Assembly (NCBI GenBank): GCA_003971905.1
Contig: RSEE01000126.1
Coordinates: 62,001-126,000 of the forward strand
Reading direction: 5' to 3'
DNA length: 64,000 nucleotides
Source: Moniliella sp. 'wahieum'
Taxonomy: Eukaryota
Shown here: piece after piece, positions 63,201 through 64,000 of the stretch
Numbering within the stretch: position 1 is the stretch's first letter
Layout of the letters: each line of letters opens with the position of its first letter
Program-made: the position numbers and the translations under genes
Notes under the pieces: model-generated
The model's database searches: none
The model's input: the letters and a program-made list of their open reading frames with translations, nothing else
Told to the model about the DNA's origin: nothing

Positions 63201-64000
63201 GCGTTATTTTTTGCTTTTTTGCTTTCTGTTCATTGCTTTGAGCGCAAGCGAACTTTGATCACGCTCCGCTAATACCGTTAAGAGGGCACCACCACCAGGA
63301 TGGGAGGAGAGGAGAGGCGCCGCACCGACAGTATACTCGTCTGTTCGCTCCTCGATTCGTCTGCCCAATCCAGCTTCAAGTGGGTACGATAGGGTAGATT
63401 ATAACGATCTAGTAGTAGTTGGCTTTATTCGTCGGGCTCCATCTCGGAGTCGTAGAGGTCATGGAATTGAACATCTGACGAAAATCTAGTCCCATCTCCG
63501 ATCCTCGTACCATCTACCGTATCGACCAACGAGGCTATCGACAATGGAGCTCAGCAGACTAAGGTAACCGGTAACAGGAGATGGAGATGGGGAAAGGATG
63601 AGGTCCTATTCATCGAGTGGGAAGAAGGCGAGGTATATATGCCTCGGAGAAGATGTGAACCCGCGAACCAAGTCACACGGAGAAAGAAAGGGAGCATGGA
63701 CAAAGTGGGAAAAACAGTCTAGAGAACAATTCAGGGACCAGTCAACCTGGTGACGAGAAGTGTGACCAGGTAGGTCTGATCCCGACATAAATCCTAAAGG
63801 TCTCGACGGTCGATCGTTCTTGTTTCGGCATGGCCGCTGTAAGGGAAACTGGTGGCATGCAGAGTGTACGGCATTGGCAGCCCTCCTCCAGGTTCGGTTC
63901 GCTGGGGCTGCCTTCGTTCGGTCCGATCCGATGCTTTTGCTGGGGGACAAGACAAGACGGAATCATGGAAGCAGGACGTAGGGAGTCTCTTGTCTCTTTT

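Overview
Eukaryotic, GC-rich, intron-poor fungal DNA. It is most consistent with a basidiomycete, probably Ustilaginomycotina-like; this is inferred from intron density and protein similarity and is not proven. The assembly has frequent single-base indels, mostly in homopolymers, so nearly every gene is split across frames and the CDS coordinates below are reconstructed spans. Recognisable genes: an FHA protein, a PEX11-family protein, OLE1, a Dabb barrel protein, a large coiled-coil protein, a very divergent DH-PH-CNH RhoGEF, YIP1, an intron-containing tRNA, SKT5/CHS4, a BRCT protein, a secreted Ser/Pro-rich protein, FDC1, PAD1, a GXWXG/DUF4334 protein, C2H2 zinc-finger genes, endosulfine, a PYP1-like HAD phosphatase, a DUF4646-like protein, GDH2, URA5, mitochondrial EF-Ts, an LMW-PTP and an AhpC/TSA-2-like protein. 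The segment from about 24.7 to 43 kb looks accessory. It holds an intact, very young 1.39-kb miniature LTR retroelement with a perfect 5-bp TSD, several solo-LTR relics, and an ascomycete-like FDC1-PAD1 prenyl-FMN decarboxylase pair next to an uncharacterised GXWXG gene. That three-gene module is the best candidate for an undescribed system. A predicted catalytically dead RhoGEF and the miniature retroelement are the other main leads.
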